Below, piece by piece: positions 1-13,100 of a stretch of 64,000 bases of DNA. Origin of the DNA: Phoronis australis. Its lineage: Eukaryota > Animalia > Phoronida. The stretch lies in assembly GCA_002633005.1 (NCBI GenBank), contig NMRA01000355.1, positions 1 through 64,000 on the forward strand, read 5' to 3'. A program made the position numbers and the translations under genes. The notes under the pieces were generated by a model that saw only the letters and a list, made by a program, of their open reading frames with translations, had not been told where the DNA came from and made no database searches. The stretch's first letter is position 1, and each line of letters starts with the position of its first letter.

Positions 1-48
1 CCGGCTAAAGTGGCCAGGTCACTCAGGCGTGCATTTACTGTGACTTAC

Positions 49-179
49 GCGTAGTTTGTTTTCAAACTCTGTAAACTTTTGTATAATTCAAACTTGAACA
101 AACATCTTTTAAACAGTCTTTGGTTGTGCTTTTCCTCCGTGGATGGAGTTTGGCCGCAAATAGTCACAAAAAGCAAACG
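49..179 (-). other. Candidate internal exon of an unidentified gene running off the left edge
   Basis: Minus-strand acceptor gtcatttgcag and donor GC|gtaagt; frame 0 is open (RLLFVTICGQTPSTEEKHNQRLFKRCLFKFELYKSLQSLKTNY) and continues the 798-872 candidate exon in frame. Product not recognised. Confidence 0.35.
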
Positions 180-797
180 CTGCAAATGACATGCCTTCAA
201 GAACGCATGCAAAGGCTCTTGTTTATTTGAACTCTGTTTTTGTTCGTGGATAGACTGGCTAATTGACGAATAACTGGAACCACGTGTTTAGAAAAGCGTT
301 TAACAAAAACAAAATACTTTGCAACACAGAGTGAAAAGGAAGCCGTGTCTTATCAGAAGGTTATGCGTTACCATATCACTACCGGCTTTGACACGAGCAT
401 CACAAAATATAGCAAAGTAGAACACATGATGCAGTGACAGTTGTGTTCAAAGGTGGAATATGACATTGTAGAATATTTGAACATTGTTGGTGTTTGAACA
501 ATGTTAATATTTGCACTCAACCCGTCACCTAACTACAATATTAACCCATGTTGTGCTGACTTACATAAAATATATTTACCAAGCGCCATATTTGCTTTTA
601 TCTGAATGTATGCTGTTACACGCTGCAAGGCACGTACATTAGGTAATGGACCCATTAATTGCACTATTAAGGTGAATTCATTCACAATAGAAACACAAGA
701 AGGTTTGTGAATGTGGGAAGCATATGTGTTTGTACTGAAGTAGCAGAGCACCTCTAACATTCTTTTGTTTCTACCCATAATGCAACACAAGTGTTAC

Positions 798-872
798 CTG
801 CTTTTTTGCTTCTTCACATGGACGTGTACTGGTAACGAAGTCATATCCAATAGTTGCACACCATTGGTTGCG
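798..872 (-). other. Candidate 75-nt internal exon of the same unidentified gene
   Basis: Acceptor gtcatttttgcag, donor CAG|gtaac; exactly 25 codons RNQWCATIGYDFVTSTRPCEEAKKQ; only frame 0 stays open when spliced to 49-179. Confidence 0.35.
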
Positions 873-2014
873 CTGCAAAAATGACCGTTTTGCTTAGTTG
901 TTTAGGACACAATGTCTCGTTTAAGGGACAGTTTTAACGCAAACGTGAAAGCCAGCCTGTTCGAAACATACAGAACCATTGTATTTTGGTACAACACTTG
1001 GTTTTCAAGCATATGGCGAATTCGTGGTGAATAATCCCACGTATTGCGTAATTCAATACTATAGTGCACGGAAATTTAGTTTAACTATTTCATTTCGAGT
1101 TGAAGTGCTGACTATAGGAACTCGACAAAAAGAGCAAGAAGTAATGCCATGTCAATCAAATCAGGAGTATGGAACACTTTGGGAAAGTAGGTCTGTCTTG
1201 CAATGTATTTTTCAGCCCCCCTGAAATGTGGAGAGTTCAATTGAAGGTGGACCTAATGGGCTTTTCAGTGTGAGTGACGACGTAAGGGTTTAAACCGTTG
1301 TCCATACATTTTTGTTGACATGGACAAGCATTTATTAGGCGCGTACCCATTCACTAACAAGATGCACACGTCATATACCGTGTCACCCTCTTTACAAACG
1401 CATAAACGGGCAGATTAACAACGAGTAATTGATATTGGGATTTCGATTTATCTCTTTGGCGGGAGTAGTATTTGTCTCTTCCAAGGTTAGATGCAGACTA
1501 GAATATGCGAACGTCAAATTGAACAGACCGAACGCGTAACGGGCCGCCACAGCAGGAATCGGACACACTCTCCGTAGACCACAAAACTCTCGAAAGCACA
1601 CCAACATTCACGTTACCGCTAGATGTCGCCATCGCATTACAAGCGAAGAACGTCGTCACACTATGTTTAGCGCGATTGCCTCAGATTTACCCCACACAGC
1701 CGGGGTTTAATCTTCCTGCCCCGTTATTTCATTCAAATTAAACCCAACTCTTAAAATCAGAGGCTGTTCTTCCCTGCAAGCTCATACCCCCTTGTTTTAA
1801 AATAATTTCTGATTAGTCCACTAATACTGCATTTCGCCCTGGTTCTGTACCTGCTTGAAAAACGAAATTAAAATTAGCGTTTTACTCTCATACAAACGAT
1901 CTCATTATACATGTATTTTCCTTCCCGTGGTCGAATTCTATTCACGTTACAAATACAAACAATGATACCATCAGCGAAGAGTTTACTGCGTTTGGAAACA
2001 GTAAAATTGTGAAA

Positions 2015-2160
2015 TTCGAATATGTCGCGTGTGCGCATTGTCAGTGACTTTTTACGGAAACGGAAATGGAATCCTTACACTGTAAAGTATTATGAGGGCG
2101 ATTGAGAGTAAAAACTCAACGCGGTGTCTGTTTTTAGCCAGCTAAACAGGGCGAGATCCA
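2015..2160. repeat. Interspersed repeat; inverted copy at about 6262-6410
   Basis: agccagctaaacagggcgaga here is the reverse complement of tcgccctgtttagctggct at about 6268, with degenerate similarity extending about 140 bp. Confidence 0.65.
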
Positions 2161-2579
2161 AATTAAATGTTATGAAATTGGTCTTAGGCCTCTTCCCTGC
2201 TCAAACGATACAGGTGATTTCTAAAGTTAGAATGAACTGAGAGTTGGTTATCACAAAAAGCAAGTCTCAAAAAGCATTGACCGCGTTTTATCAGGGAACG
2301 CCGTGCACAGTTTAGACCATAAAACTACACGTAGCTGAAATATGTTTTACCAAAGCCCAGAAAAAAAAGTCTGAGTGAGGAACAAATTGGGATCAGTGTA
2401 ATGGTGTTATGTGGTCTGAATGAAAAGATCTTTTTTGACGGAACGCAGGCTAATGCATGTAGCAGACATGAGAGATGGTCCGTAAAAATGTACCACAGTA
2501 CAGTAAAGTGAAGCAAGGTGATCAAATTAAGTCGAAGTCGAATTGGATTTAACGATGTAAGACACCCTATACTCCAAAT

Positions 2580-3000
2580 CGATAAACACAAACTCAGGCA
2601 AACAGAGAGGAATACACCCAGGCAGACAGGTGAACAGACATTTGTGTGGATAGACAGATTGACTGGCAGACATGCGGACAGATAGATTGACAGACACATG
2701 GGTAGACAAGTAGGCAAGCAGGGGGACAGATAGATACATGTACACTGTAAGTTGACAGATGTGTGGATAAACAGGCAAAGTGACAAACAGGGAGACAATA
2801 CATATCTTTACGGGAAGAAATGCAATCAGGCCGACAGACGGACAGACAAACCTATGTACAGGAATACGGTATGCAGACGTAAGAAAGAAGTACACACAGC
2901 CAGACAGACAGGATAGGGAACCGGTTTAAGTATTGACATACAGGCACAAGATACATAAGTTTACGGGAAGAAATATAGAGAGCCAGATAGACAGACAAAC
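2580..3000. repeat. Degenerate (GACA/GATA)n microsatellite
   Basis: Recurring agac/agat/ggac units; explains the overlapping C/L/S/V-rich minus-strand ORFs. Confidence 0.85.
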
Positions 3001-3914
3001 ATATATTTAAAATTCACATGTCATTTTAAAATAATCATTTGCAACCAAAACTATGCCTTTTCTCTGAAAAATGATACATATTCGGTACTTTTTCGGCACA
3101 AATGCCGGGGTCATCGAGACGGGTGAAATGCGCGTTGGACAGAGGGAACCGGGACCCGAGGGGCAATGACACTGGTGAACATAAAAAATATCGGGGCCGG
3201 CAGGGACCGTTTGGGAATCATCAGGACGAGGCAATTCAAAGTCTGGGGATTCAAGTAGCGCCACGCCACCCCTTCTGTACGGCACTGATTACCTGTCAGA
3301 ACCTGAATTACGATTTTTATTAAATAATTTGTCAAAAATAATTTCACTCACTCTACGTCATGGAAGAAATGTGGCTACTTTGCGACCAAAGTGTGACTAT
3401 TTTTAAATACCCCCGTTTCGGTCCCAAACAAAGCTGTTCCTGTGTTATGTTTGTTGTATTTAAATCCACTGGGTTAATAATCCTGCTGAGTGGCAACAGT
3501 TGTGTTTGAGTGAGTGTTTGTTGTTCTTGGATTTTAACTTCAATTCCTACATGTGTTACACGTCTGTTCATTACAGTTATAGCAGACTCGAGGTCTACTG
3601 GTCGTTTCATTATTAAAAGCTATTAAGTTGCATTCATCCATTGACTGAACGGGTCATAGTCAATCAATGGAGAAAGCTTTTCCATTTCACATTGTTAAAA
3701 GTAATTGATATTCTGTCAATAAAATCTCTTATATTGAATTGCGCGGTAATTTTTCCTCAAAGCATGTTACTTTCGTGAACACACAAGGTAAATGCTTCGT
3801 TTTTTGGTTCGTTCGCAATGGAGGTTCGCTTTCTTAAGTAGCCATACGCAAACCTCCCATTGGCTCAAAGCAAGTATTCCATTGTATGTCATCAAAGCAT
3901 ACAATTTTGAAAAA

Positions 3915-4896
3915 GGATAATGTTGAAAAAGACATGCAGTTTTGAAGAGAGACGTGGCGGGGTGCATAGAACGCAACATGTTATACTATAGTTTGTTTAA
4001 CCCCGCACGAGGGCGTGTGTTGAAGATGATCTCGTCAGTCGTTTAACTCGTCAGAGGCAACATGGACGCACCCAGGGCGCCCCATTTGGCGGTATGGGCA
4101 AAAATGTCCGCCTCAAAGAAACGAAAAGTCCAAAAAAGTAGAAAACGAGACAAAGGTCCACTAAAAATACGGGAATAATTCATTGCTCTGAACGTACCCG
4201 CTTTTTAGTAAAAGATCCACATTCTCAGAAATTCGACTTTTTAGGCTGGGTGCGCGAATGGGCAATAGGAAAGCGCTGATTATTTAACTTGCACCAAACC
4301 ATGCGCACTTGCTAAAGTCTCAAAATGGAACAAGCCCACTCAACACAAGTATAGTTGAACAAAAGGTACTGTTTTGCAAAAGTGTCAGGCTCTCCCGAAC
4401 AACGTTGACAAATGCATGCACTTTTGAAGAGAAACGTGGTGGAGTGAACAGAGTGCAACATGTTATGTTTTAGTGAGTTGAAAATGGTGTCGTCATTTAA
4501 CACGTCACAAGCAACATGCGCGCACCCAGGACGTCCCATTTGGTGGAATGAGCAAAAAGTCAGTCTCAGAGAAACAAAAAGTCCGAAAAAGTAGAAAACG
4601 AGACAAAAGTCCACCAAAAAGGCAGGAACTACCAAAATTCGGCGAATGCACAATTAATAGCTCTGAACGTACTCGTTTTTTTAAGTAAAAGGTCCACTTT
4701 CTCAAAAATTCGAATTCCCCCATTTTTAGGCTAAGTGCACGCATGGGCAATAGAAAAGCGCTGATTTTTAACCTGCACCCAACCAGGCGCACATCCTAAA
4801 GTCCCAACTAGAACCAACCACACCCTGTCATGAGTTCACTCAACACAAGTGTGGTTGAGCAAAAGATAGTGTTTCGCAATTTTTCCAGGCTCTCCC
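3915..4896. repeat. Head-to-tail dimer of a ~480-bp interspersed element
   Basis: Units at about 3915-4396 and 4397-4896 share blocks such as ttttgaagaga..cgtgg, aaaagtagaaaacgagacaaa.gtccac and cactcaacacaagt; a third, inverted partial copy lies at about 20390-20610. Confidence 0.85.
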
Positions 4897-5269
4897 TCTC
4901 AGTGTACATTTAAGTGTCCAAGGTCCCATAATTATTGAGCGTGTGCAGTGCTGTCCACACCAGAACTTCACATATCGGTGACATTGGCAGCACCTTCCTT
5001 ATCTCGTGTAATCGCTGTGAATAAACGTTAACAGTGCTCTGCCTAATGATTTTACTGACAAGTTTGTAACGGCTCTTGAAAGAGCGGCAATTTTAACTGG
5101 AAAAATGAACTGCATCACATTGATTTGAAATATATTTGTTTACACGTATTCTGCTGCACTTACCATTCCGTGTTTTAAGAACAACATTTTTGTGAAAAAA
5201 GGACCGCGAAATAAACCACTTTGGTTTCCGCTGGGAATTGGCATTTTGACCGAGTAAAGATGGCACGCA

Positions 5270-5538
5270 CAGTGGCGGTAGGGGGCCCCCCTAAAATTCT
5301 GCCAGATACCATTTGGATGTTTGGGTGCGAATTATTGATTACCACATGCACGCAACCAAAGGGGCTCAGGGGTGAATAAACAACGCATAGGTCCCTTTTT
5401 CTTTTTAGTCAACAGGTCCGCGAACCCAAAAATTCGAGATCCTTGCGTCCCCCACACTTTAAGCTGGGAGCGCGGATCTTCCAAATTCTGATTATTCCTT
5501 GACCTCTCCCCCAACTCAAAATCCTGGATCCGCCCCTG
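5270..5538. mobile_element. MITE with CAGTGGCGG...ATCCGCCCCTG termini and 5-bp duplication
   Basis: Imperfect terminal inverted repeats; ACGCA on both sides (5265-5269, 5539-5543); body homologous to 55525-55855 and 46338-46492. Confidence 0.8.
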
Positions 5539-6020
5539 ACGCAAACCACCAAACTGCAGTCACATAAGCTGGTCTAAAAAAATCACATTTCTTGCGAGAC
5601 AAGTGTATTTCGCCGACGATAGAGTTAATAGGTACATGTATTTGCAAATAAGCTGTTGAAACTTCCGTCGGATTATAAAGAACTTGACAGACTTGTCTGT
5701 AGCGTAAAACGGACACTACAATGTAGTTTGCAATTTGACTTTTAATGTACATGTAGATTATCACTGTAGATTTTCGTGTAGGTTGCACTGATACACGCAA
5801 TTATTGGCAAAGAAAAGACTTGTTGGAAAGGAGATGCACTTACATAACCATTATTGCCGATAAAAACTATCATTAGAGTCGTTAATATTGAGGTATCATT
5901 ATCGCCATTAACCGATGGTGCCTGATAGCAGCATCCGCGTAAACACCGGTATTAGAGCAGGGATAATTATCTCCACACTTGAACTCGAACACAAATTACG
6001 TTTGACATTTAAGCTGTTTC

Positions 6021-6260
6021 AGGAGGTGGTGTGGCCTAGTATGATAGGTGTCCACTTTCTTTACTCGAGGCCGCGGAATCAAGTCCCACAAGGCCACACT
6101 GCTAGACGCCGAAATCAGGTTCATAGACCCTCAGTTCGGTTTTAACTGTGTATTATTGAAGCACAGACATTGTCCCAGGTGATCAGTTCAATGAGCCCCG
6201 CATAGGGGACCTGCACACGTCTGGTACAACGTGTACTAGACCGTCTCCAATTATTTTTAT
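6021..6260 (+). mobile_element. tRNA-derived SINE (degenerate)
   Basis: A-box-like TGGCCTAGTATG (6032) and B-box-like GGAATCAAGTCCC (6075); the 3' segment ccaggtgatcagt...gtctggtacaacgtgta...caattatttt recurs at 29569-29660 and ends in a TTA-rich tail. Confidence 0.6.
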
Positions 6261-9200
6261 AAGGATTTTTCGCCCTGTTTAGCTGGCTTGAAACAAAAAC
6301 CGAATTAAACATTGTACTTCTATGGTATCGGTTTCATGATATTCCTTACTGCGATAGGATATTCCCGTTTTCTACCGAAGTCACGTGTTCCTGCGCCATT
6401 TTTGAATTCGCAAGTTTAAGGTTGACCAGCCACATATAGCTCTGAATCGCTTGTTGGTAACGGATTAAGAATCCTATGGCGGTAATGAACACTTTCTTTC
6501 ATGAGAGCGAGTAATTCGATGTTCGTTGTTAACCAGCTAAGCCAGGGAAATACAGATTTAATTTATAGTTGGAGGCTAGGAGATCCAGGTGACTAGATGA
6601 GTGTCGATAATTGTGTGCTCGATTACATTACGGCTCAAACAGACGAGTTCCTGTTCCAAGTTCAAACTACTTGGTGACTAGTATACATTCGAAGTGTGAG
6701 CATTGCTCGAATTCAAACTCAAGATTTTAAGTTTAGACTCCAGAGTGCACTTGCGGGTAAGACAGCGAATCACGTCAGCTGCGTTTTCTTTGTACTCGAA
6801 CACACAATCATACTGAAGCCGCACAGAAATGAATACAGAGCACCTTTTATTCCAAACAGTAACGAACAGTGTATTCTACTGAAAAATACTCAAATTTGTA
6901 ACATCAAGGAAATTAGGACAATAATCTTCACAAGATGGTATTTACGTATTCAGAGACTCAAATGTTTGAAGGTTTCTTGTATCGTTCTTGTTTATGTATT
7001 TATTTTATTATTGGAAATATTTATTTGAAGGCAACCCCATCGGTTCTCAATGCTTTCCATGGGATCCTTCAGTCATCGGTGAACGTCGTTCACGACCAAT
7101 CAGCGCGCACAAGGAATAACTTCTCACCAAGTCTCAAATGGCTTAACCGATCAGCGCCATCTTGAGACTTGGTGAGCATACTGAGTGATGATCAACTCCA
7201 GCAAGAACGAACACTCTCGCTAAAACAGGAAATTAACGCGACAACATTCGTGCTAGTCTTAATCGAGGCATTCAATGCAGTCCTTTAACGACACCAAAGC
7301 AGTCGCTTTTAGAAGACAAAGGGTACCCTACAGTATTTCCTTCCCATTTTTGGAATTGACATCCAGGCTTGAGAAAAAAATAGAGTTTCTTTATTGCTTC
7401 ACTAGAGCAGGACCATTAACTTTGATATATCGTCGGGCTACTGTCGTCAGAGCACTTCTAGGCGAGTTATTGTAACAAATTTGAAAGGATAATATGGGAT
7501 GACGTGGGTTTGGAAGGGCAAATACGAAAAGTATTTGATGTTTACAATGTGAATTAGGACCGACAAAGTATAGAGTTTAATTCAGTAAAAAGTATTTGTT
7601 TCCGAAAGTAAAGAGCCTGAAGAATTTGAATTTTGGTTTCAAACCAATCTGCTATTGTTTGATCACGTGACTAGATCATTTTATTGAATTAAGCAAATAG
7701 GAAAGGAATCAAACGACGTGATCAAAATTCGTTCGATGTACAAGAGAAAATCTTAAAACGCTGTTAGTGGTTACAGACTTTTAAAGTCTCAGTTCATTTA
7801 TGTTTTATGCAACTTTTGATTCTTTTCATAACATTCGTGTAGGTCTTGTCTTGATAGCCCTCGTGTAAACGTGGGAACTTTTATTAACAACAGTGGCTGG
7901 GACAACAATCCGTGAAGCATGATATCTGAAAGTTTCATGTGAATCCCACGTGCCACTTCTGATATACATATAAATATATGATTTTCCTGATTTTGTCAAG
8001 AGTGGCCATGTTTTGAGGGAGCTACATATTACATTAACTGCAGAACACGCTTACATGCGACTTCAGCAAAAGCGGCTGAAACATACTCCAACATTTTGCC
8101 AGCCTCGCTGATTATTTTCTTCAGTTTGCGGCCATGTTGGTTGTGTTAGAGAGCATGGTCACGTGATCACGAGCTTACTTGCGTAACCCTTGCCCTAATC
8201 TGACGTGATTTTGTTTCTCTTTTGTTCATGTCCTGCCTACAGTATTCACTTAGGGATGTTTAATACATTGTCCCTTCTTCCCAAATTTTATGGCAAAGTT
8301 CGGTCAGTACACGCGATCCCTGCATTTTTCTGCCACTAGATGACTCTGACAACTTCCTGTTTCTTTGACTTGAATCTCTAAATATGAAGCCCTCAGCGTG
8401 TTCGCTTCGCTTCATTGCACTGGCTCTGTTAATGTTAGTCCAATTTGATTTATTTTATTTCCCAGTGAAAGTACCATATCACTTTTAAATTACCACGAGG
8501 GCGAACGGAGCTGGCGGTGCCAGCTAATGGGATATGGTGAACTACACCGGACTCACGAGGTCGCATTCAGAGGATTGTCCGCTATATCTTCCATCTAAAT
8601 GTTGTTTTAATAATATTCAAAGCTGTGACGTGTAAAACAAGGCCACTCACACATTTAAATGGTAAATAATTTTACGTATCACAGTCCAACTTGTTTACAA
8701 ACCCACATGTACACTGTAAACGTTCATGTTATCGCGGTGAAGTGTCTTCGGTTTGTTATTCCAAGGTATATATGTATGTATGTATGCATGAATGCATGTA
8801 TCTGTGATCTTATATTGGGCATTATTCAAAATAATAGAAAATTGGGCATTAAACATTGATTCTTATAATTTCGTAAACAAAACCCCGCGGAATGATTTTG
8901 ATGCATAATCGGGTTATATGGTAGAGTTGGAAAAGAGATGGATGAACATTTTAACCGACTTGAACATAAAAGTGATGACGTGTCCCATCAGGTACAATGT
9001 AGCAATGTACTCTATTTTGTGGATTGAGATAGAATGGCAAGACACGTCTTTTAATGCCGACATTATTAAAATATTCAAAACTGTGTGCACTGCAGTAACT
9101 TCCAGCGTTGCCTTCGTTGTTCACCTATGTGCAGACAGCTTTAACCCTTTACGCCCATAGCAAAATGTTAAATAATATCCACAGACATTTATTTTACAAG

Positions 9201-9748
9201 GATCAACTGGAGACACAAACTATTGTTTTGTCTCGACGATGCAAGAACCAATACGAGCAACAAACTGCTCACTTTGATAATAATACATGTGCAATGTATA
9301 TCGCTATATCTGATGACATGCGTTATATATTGGTCTCCAGGGAACATGTCACATACTTATCACCACATGACACAGGGTTTCAGCCACGTGATCGTGGCTT
9401 CTAAATACCCAATGGATTTAGCTAGCGGGGGCAAATCTTCCTCTTCAAACAATCAAGAAAATCCATCCGATTCATTATTTTATTGTGTTTTAATTAGCTA
9501 CGCTAATTCACCGTGAAAAGTTAAGAAAGCACAAAACAAAAGGTTCCACCTCAAATCCCGAAACAAAACAATATAAGGGTGGGTGAGGCCTCAGGGCACG
9601 TATACATGTAAAATGTTGAGCAATTTTACGGTACGTTCATGAGTACGTTCGTCGTAATTTTTGTTTTACAGATTCTTTTTTAAAATGAGGATACATGCGT
9701 GCACCCAGGTGAGTTTTTTTCGGTTGCATTACTCTATTCGCCCTGCCA

Positions 9749-10162
9749 ATGCCAACAAAGTACTACTGTGCTTTTGGCTACAACTCTGACGTGACAAATT
9801 TTGATAAACTGGACAAATACCCGTGGATGCGTAAGCTGAAAGTCTTCGCGTTCCCGACACCAATGAGGGGCACGAAAATTTGCTTCCAATACAAGGTCAC
9901 GCGCTTTCTAATCTCAAGAAAAAGGCGAGTTCTATCGCCGTGTAATCTGGGACGGCCCTTTGGGCTATCAACCATGAGCAGCGTAGAGGTGGGATCGATA
10001 CAATTATCGCGTGGTAAGATGCACGGTACCTTGTACATAGAACCTCATTATGAGAACGTAATCATTTTGCCCTATAATTTTGCTATTTGGGATGGAAATT
10101 ACACCTTATTAAGTTGTTCTAGTCCAATTCCAACCTCATCAAAATCCGAAAAAGAACTTTAA
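9749..10162 (+). mobile_element. Degenerate THAP-domain-like remnant, probably transposon-derived
   Basis: MPTKYYCAFG-NSD...F.FP start and a late PIPT resemble the THAP N-terminus and AVPT box, but the second Cys and the C..HF motif are not intact in frame. Confidence 0.35.
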
Positions 10163-13100
10163 AGGCATGATTGCGATCGTAAAGTACATGCAACTGCACG
10201 GTGACGTCAGGTAACAAAAATCTCGCAGCTGAAATTTCATATTTCAATAAAACAGGGAGTAAGAATAACGAAGCTCACTTTGCGAGTGGAACATTAAAAC
10301 ATTGTGTTTTTAAGTGGGATAATATGTAGCGTTGTATCACAGAGTGTACTTTGTCTTTGTATTAACACTTGTATTTTCCAGCGCGGCCTCGTTTTCATCA
10401 ATCGAAACCTATAAAAAGAAGGCAGTAGTTTAATGCCGCTTTAAATTGAAACTTGCTCGCTAATTTCTTGTCTATGTGGTTGCTTGGTAGAGTTAGTTAA
10501 AGTCACAGCATACATGCATAGCGAAGACGTGAATCAGAAGTAGGTTAAAACTTGTCAAATGTTTACAAAAACGAGTTTTGTGTAAAAAAGGATCTGCCGT
10601 AAATCACTCAACTGTGTCCAGTAAGTATTGTGACGTGGTGTTGAGGAATAACACTGCATGACGCGGGCTATGTGAGCCCCCGAGCTACGTCATTAGTGCA
10701 AAGGTTGTCTATTTGCGGATTTCATTCTGTTCACATTTACAAGTTGCAATGAATACAACTGCACTTTGTTTAACATGGACGATGTTCAAATTGCATTGTC
10801 GTTTAGTTCCTGCTGTACACTAGCATAGTTAGGATCATCCAAATATTTCTTTAAATCCTCGCCTTCTGAGTCTTTGATTAAACTCAGCAACACATGTTAA
10901 TTAAGCACACGGCACCGAGACAGCAATCACGTTATGTTTGTGCTTCTTTGCTGTAGACAAATTAAACACACGTATTGGATTCACTAGAACGTAACGGTCG
11001 AATTAACATTTTGGAAATGTCAAATTCGAATTCTCTTCGAAATATTTCGACTCCTTCAAGTCTAAGCAAAGGTTGAGGTAAAACCAAAGTAGGTGTTGCT
11101 AATGTTTTTTTTGTTGCTTGTAAAGGAGGCCGTGTTTCAGGAAACCTGGAAAATGAGGAAATGTATGAGTCAAAATTCTAAACCAAAGTATTGATGTTAT
11201 TGCAAAGGCAACCTTGCCAACTAAAACACCTGAGGCAAAGTTAGTTAGTAAAGCAAGCATGTGCCCTTAGGTTTATTGGCAGATCGGGATTGTGTAAACA
11301 ACATTGGCCTGGCTGGTAGGTGTAGGATTGCTGTTTTTTTTTTAATATTGATTAAAAGCACTTTAATAACTTACCAAAATAAATGAGCAATGTTCAATTA
11401 AAGAAAGATCCGTATTTAATAGCACTATGAACCGGAAGCATGACGTCATTAAACAATTTTCCCGTTTTATGAATGTTCCCAAAGCGTCATCAAAACGGCT
11501 CTTGGACACTAATGTTATTTTTGGGGGATTTTACCTGATCAATGCAAAAATATACAAGATGTTGTCGTGTCATTACTTGCAGGTGAAACCTGAGGGGCAT
11601 TTTACTTCAGGTTGAGAAATTCATCCATTAGCAACTTCAATGTAAAGGTTTAAACCTAGCAACGACTCAAATGCACCGGAAATAGCATCGATGCGTCTTC
11701 TCTGTCTAGTCGGAATAAAATACTATTTACCTGTTATCAGGTAACAACAGGCACTTAACTCTAACACAAGGTACACCAGAAAGACACTAAAACCGTGTTT
11801 AATGACAATTAATGGATATTTAAGCCGACTTAATACTCATTTTTCAAGCTGCGTTTCACCCCATTTTACTGAAGACTTTTTCTGCATAGATTTCCTTAGC
11901 AATCCAATGTATTTTTTTAGGGACTCTTCTTTAGCACGGGGTAATGGAGTCATCCGTCTCTTTGTTTCTTCCGAAATTGCAGTTGTTATCAATTGCAGCT
12001 ACTGGAGGCGATACAATGACGGCGCTCATGACTGCCCTTTTCTATTTTTTCTGATTTGTTTCAAGGGGCCACTTGCGAAAAGGGGTCCTCGACTGCCTCC
12101 CTTTTCCTGTTGCTATTGAAAGCGTAAAACCTGTTTTAAGTGAATGAAGGTGACTGGATGACGTAATCACGGGGCTGTTTCCTCTTCTCTGAGGGACAGT
12201 CCGAGGCAATATGTCGGTTTGCCCCCCATAAATCCGCCCCTGCCATAGAGCTTTAGCTAGAGCAGCCCGTGAAAGTGACCAAAGGGGTCGTTGGTGAAAA
12301 TATTGTCAGAGCTTATATGAAATCGATGGGGATGTAGGAAGATTTAGGATGTCGACTGGGGATGGAGACGGTATAAACTATTGTCCATATCGGGGAGAAA
12401 CAGGTTAGTGAGGGATAGATTGGGAACGGAAACCAAGGGGAGGCTGCCTGCGCTTACATTTGTTCGCCCTCTAAACCCTCCCACGCATATGGTTTATAAA
12501 CATTGATAGTAAGGCCACGTATTACAGAGGTTTGGAGTGACAACGGAGGTTGCCTCCCTAGAGAAAACACTATGATTTACATGTTCGTAATCCACAGGGT
12601 AAACAGCTTAATAAATCAATGTTATGATATTGATCAGAAGGTGGGATGACAACGTTGAAGCGTGATCTGACTCCAAGTGAGTTGCCACTTAATGTGTTGA
12701 AATAAAAATAACAAAGCCATCGGCTACTCAATGAGGGGGTTTATGTTTTTTGTTGTGGAAATACAGAATAGAGGTGCTTTCAAGAGCATGTGCTGGCGCC
12801 ATTAATTATGCAAAAAGATGCTTAGGAACCCAATTCATCTTGAGGAAATAACCGCGAGCTAGCGGAGACCACGTTTTTGTGTCGACGTGCTACTCTTTTC
12901 AAGACCTGGCTTATGGCTTATATGTTCATTTTTTCATTTGTATGTAGACGCACGCTGAGTTTGTTTCCATCATCGTCGTGCGCGTATGCGTCGTCGTAAT
13001 GGTACTCGTCGTCATCACGGGAAATTCGATTTTTAGTCATAAAGCCGTTGGCATGTCAATTGACGTTGTAACTAATACAATAAACCAGATTTATCTATTG

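Noticed and set aside
2325-2895. Three overlapping minus-strand ORFs of up to 157 aa
   Set aside because: They are translations of the degenerate (GACA)n tract, with no domain or splice support.
6021-6100. tRNA gene
   Set aside because: A/B-box-like motifs are present but no cloverleaf can be folded; it continues into a repeated 3' tail, so a SINE is the better call.
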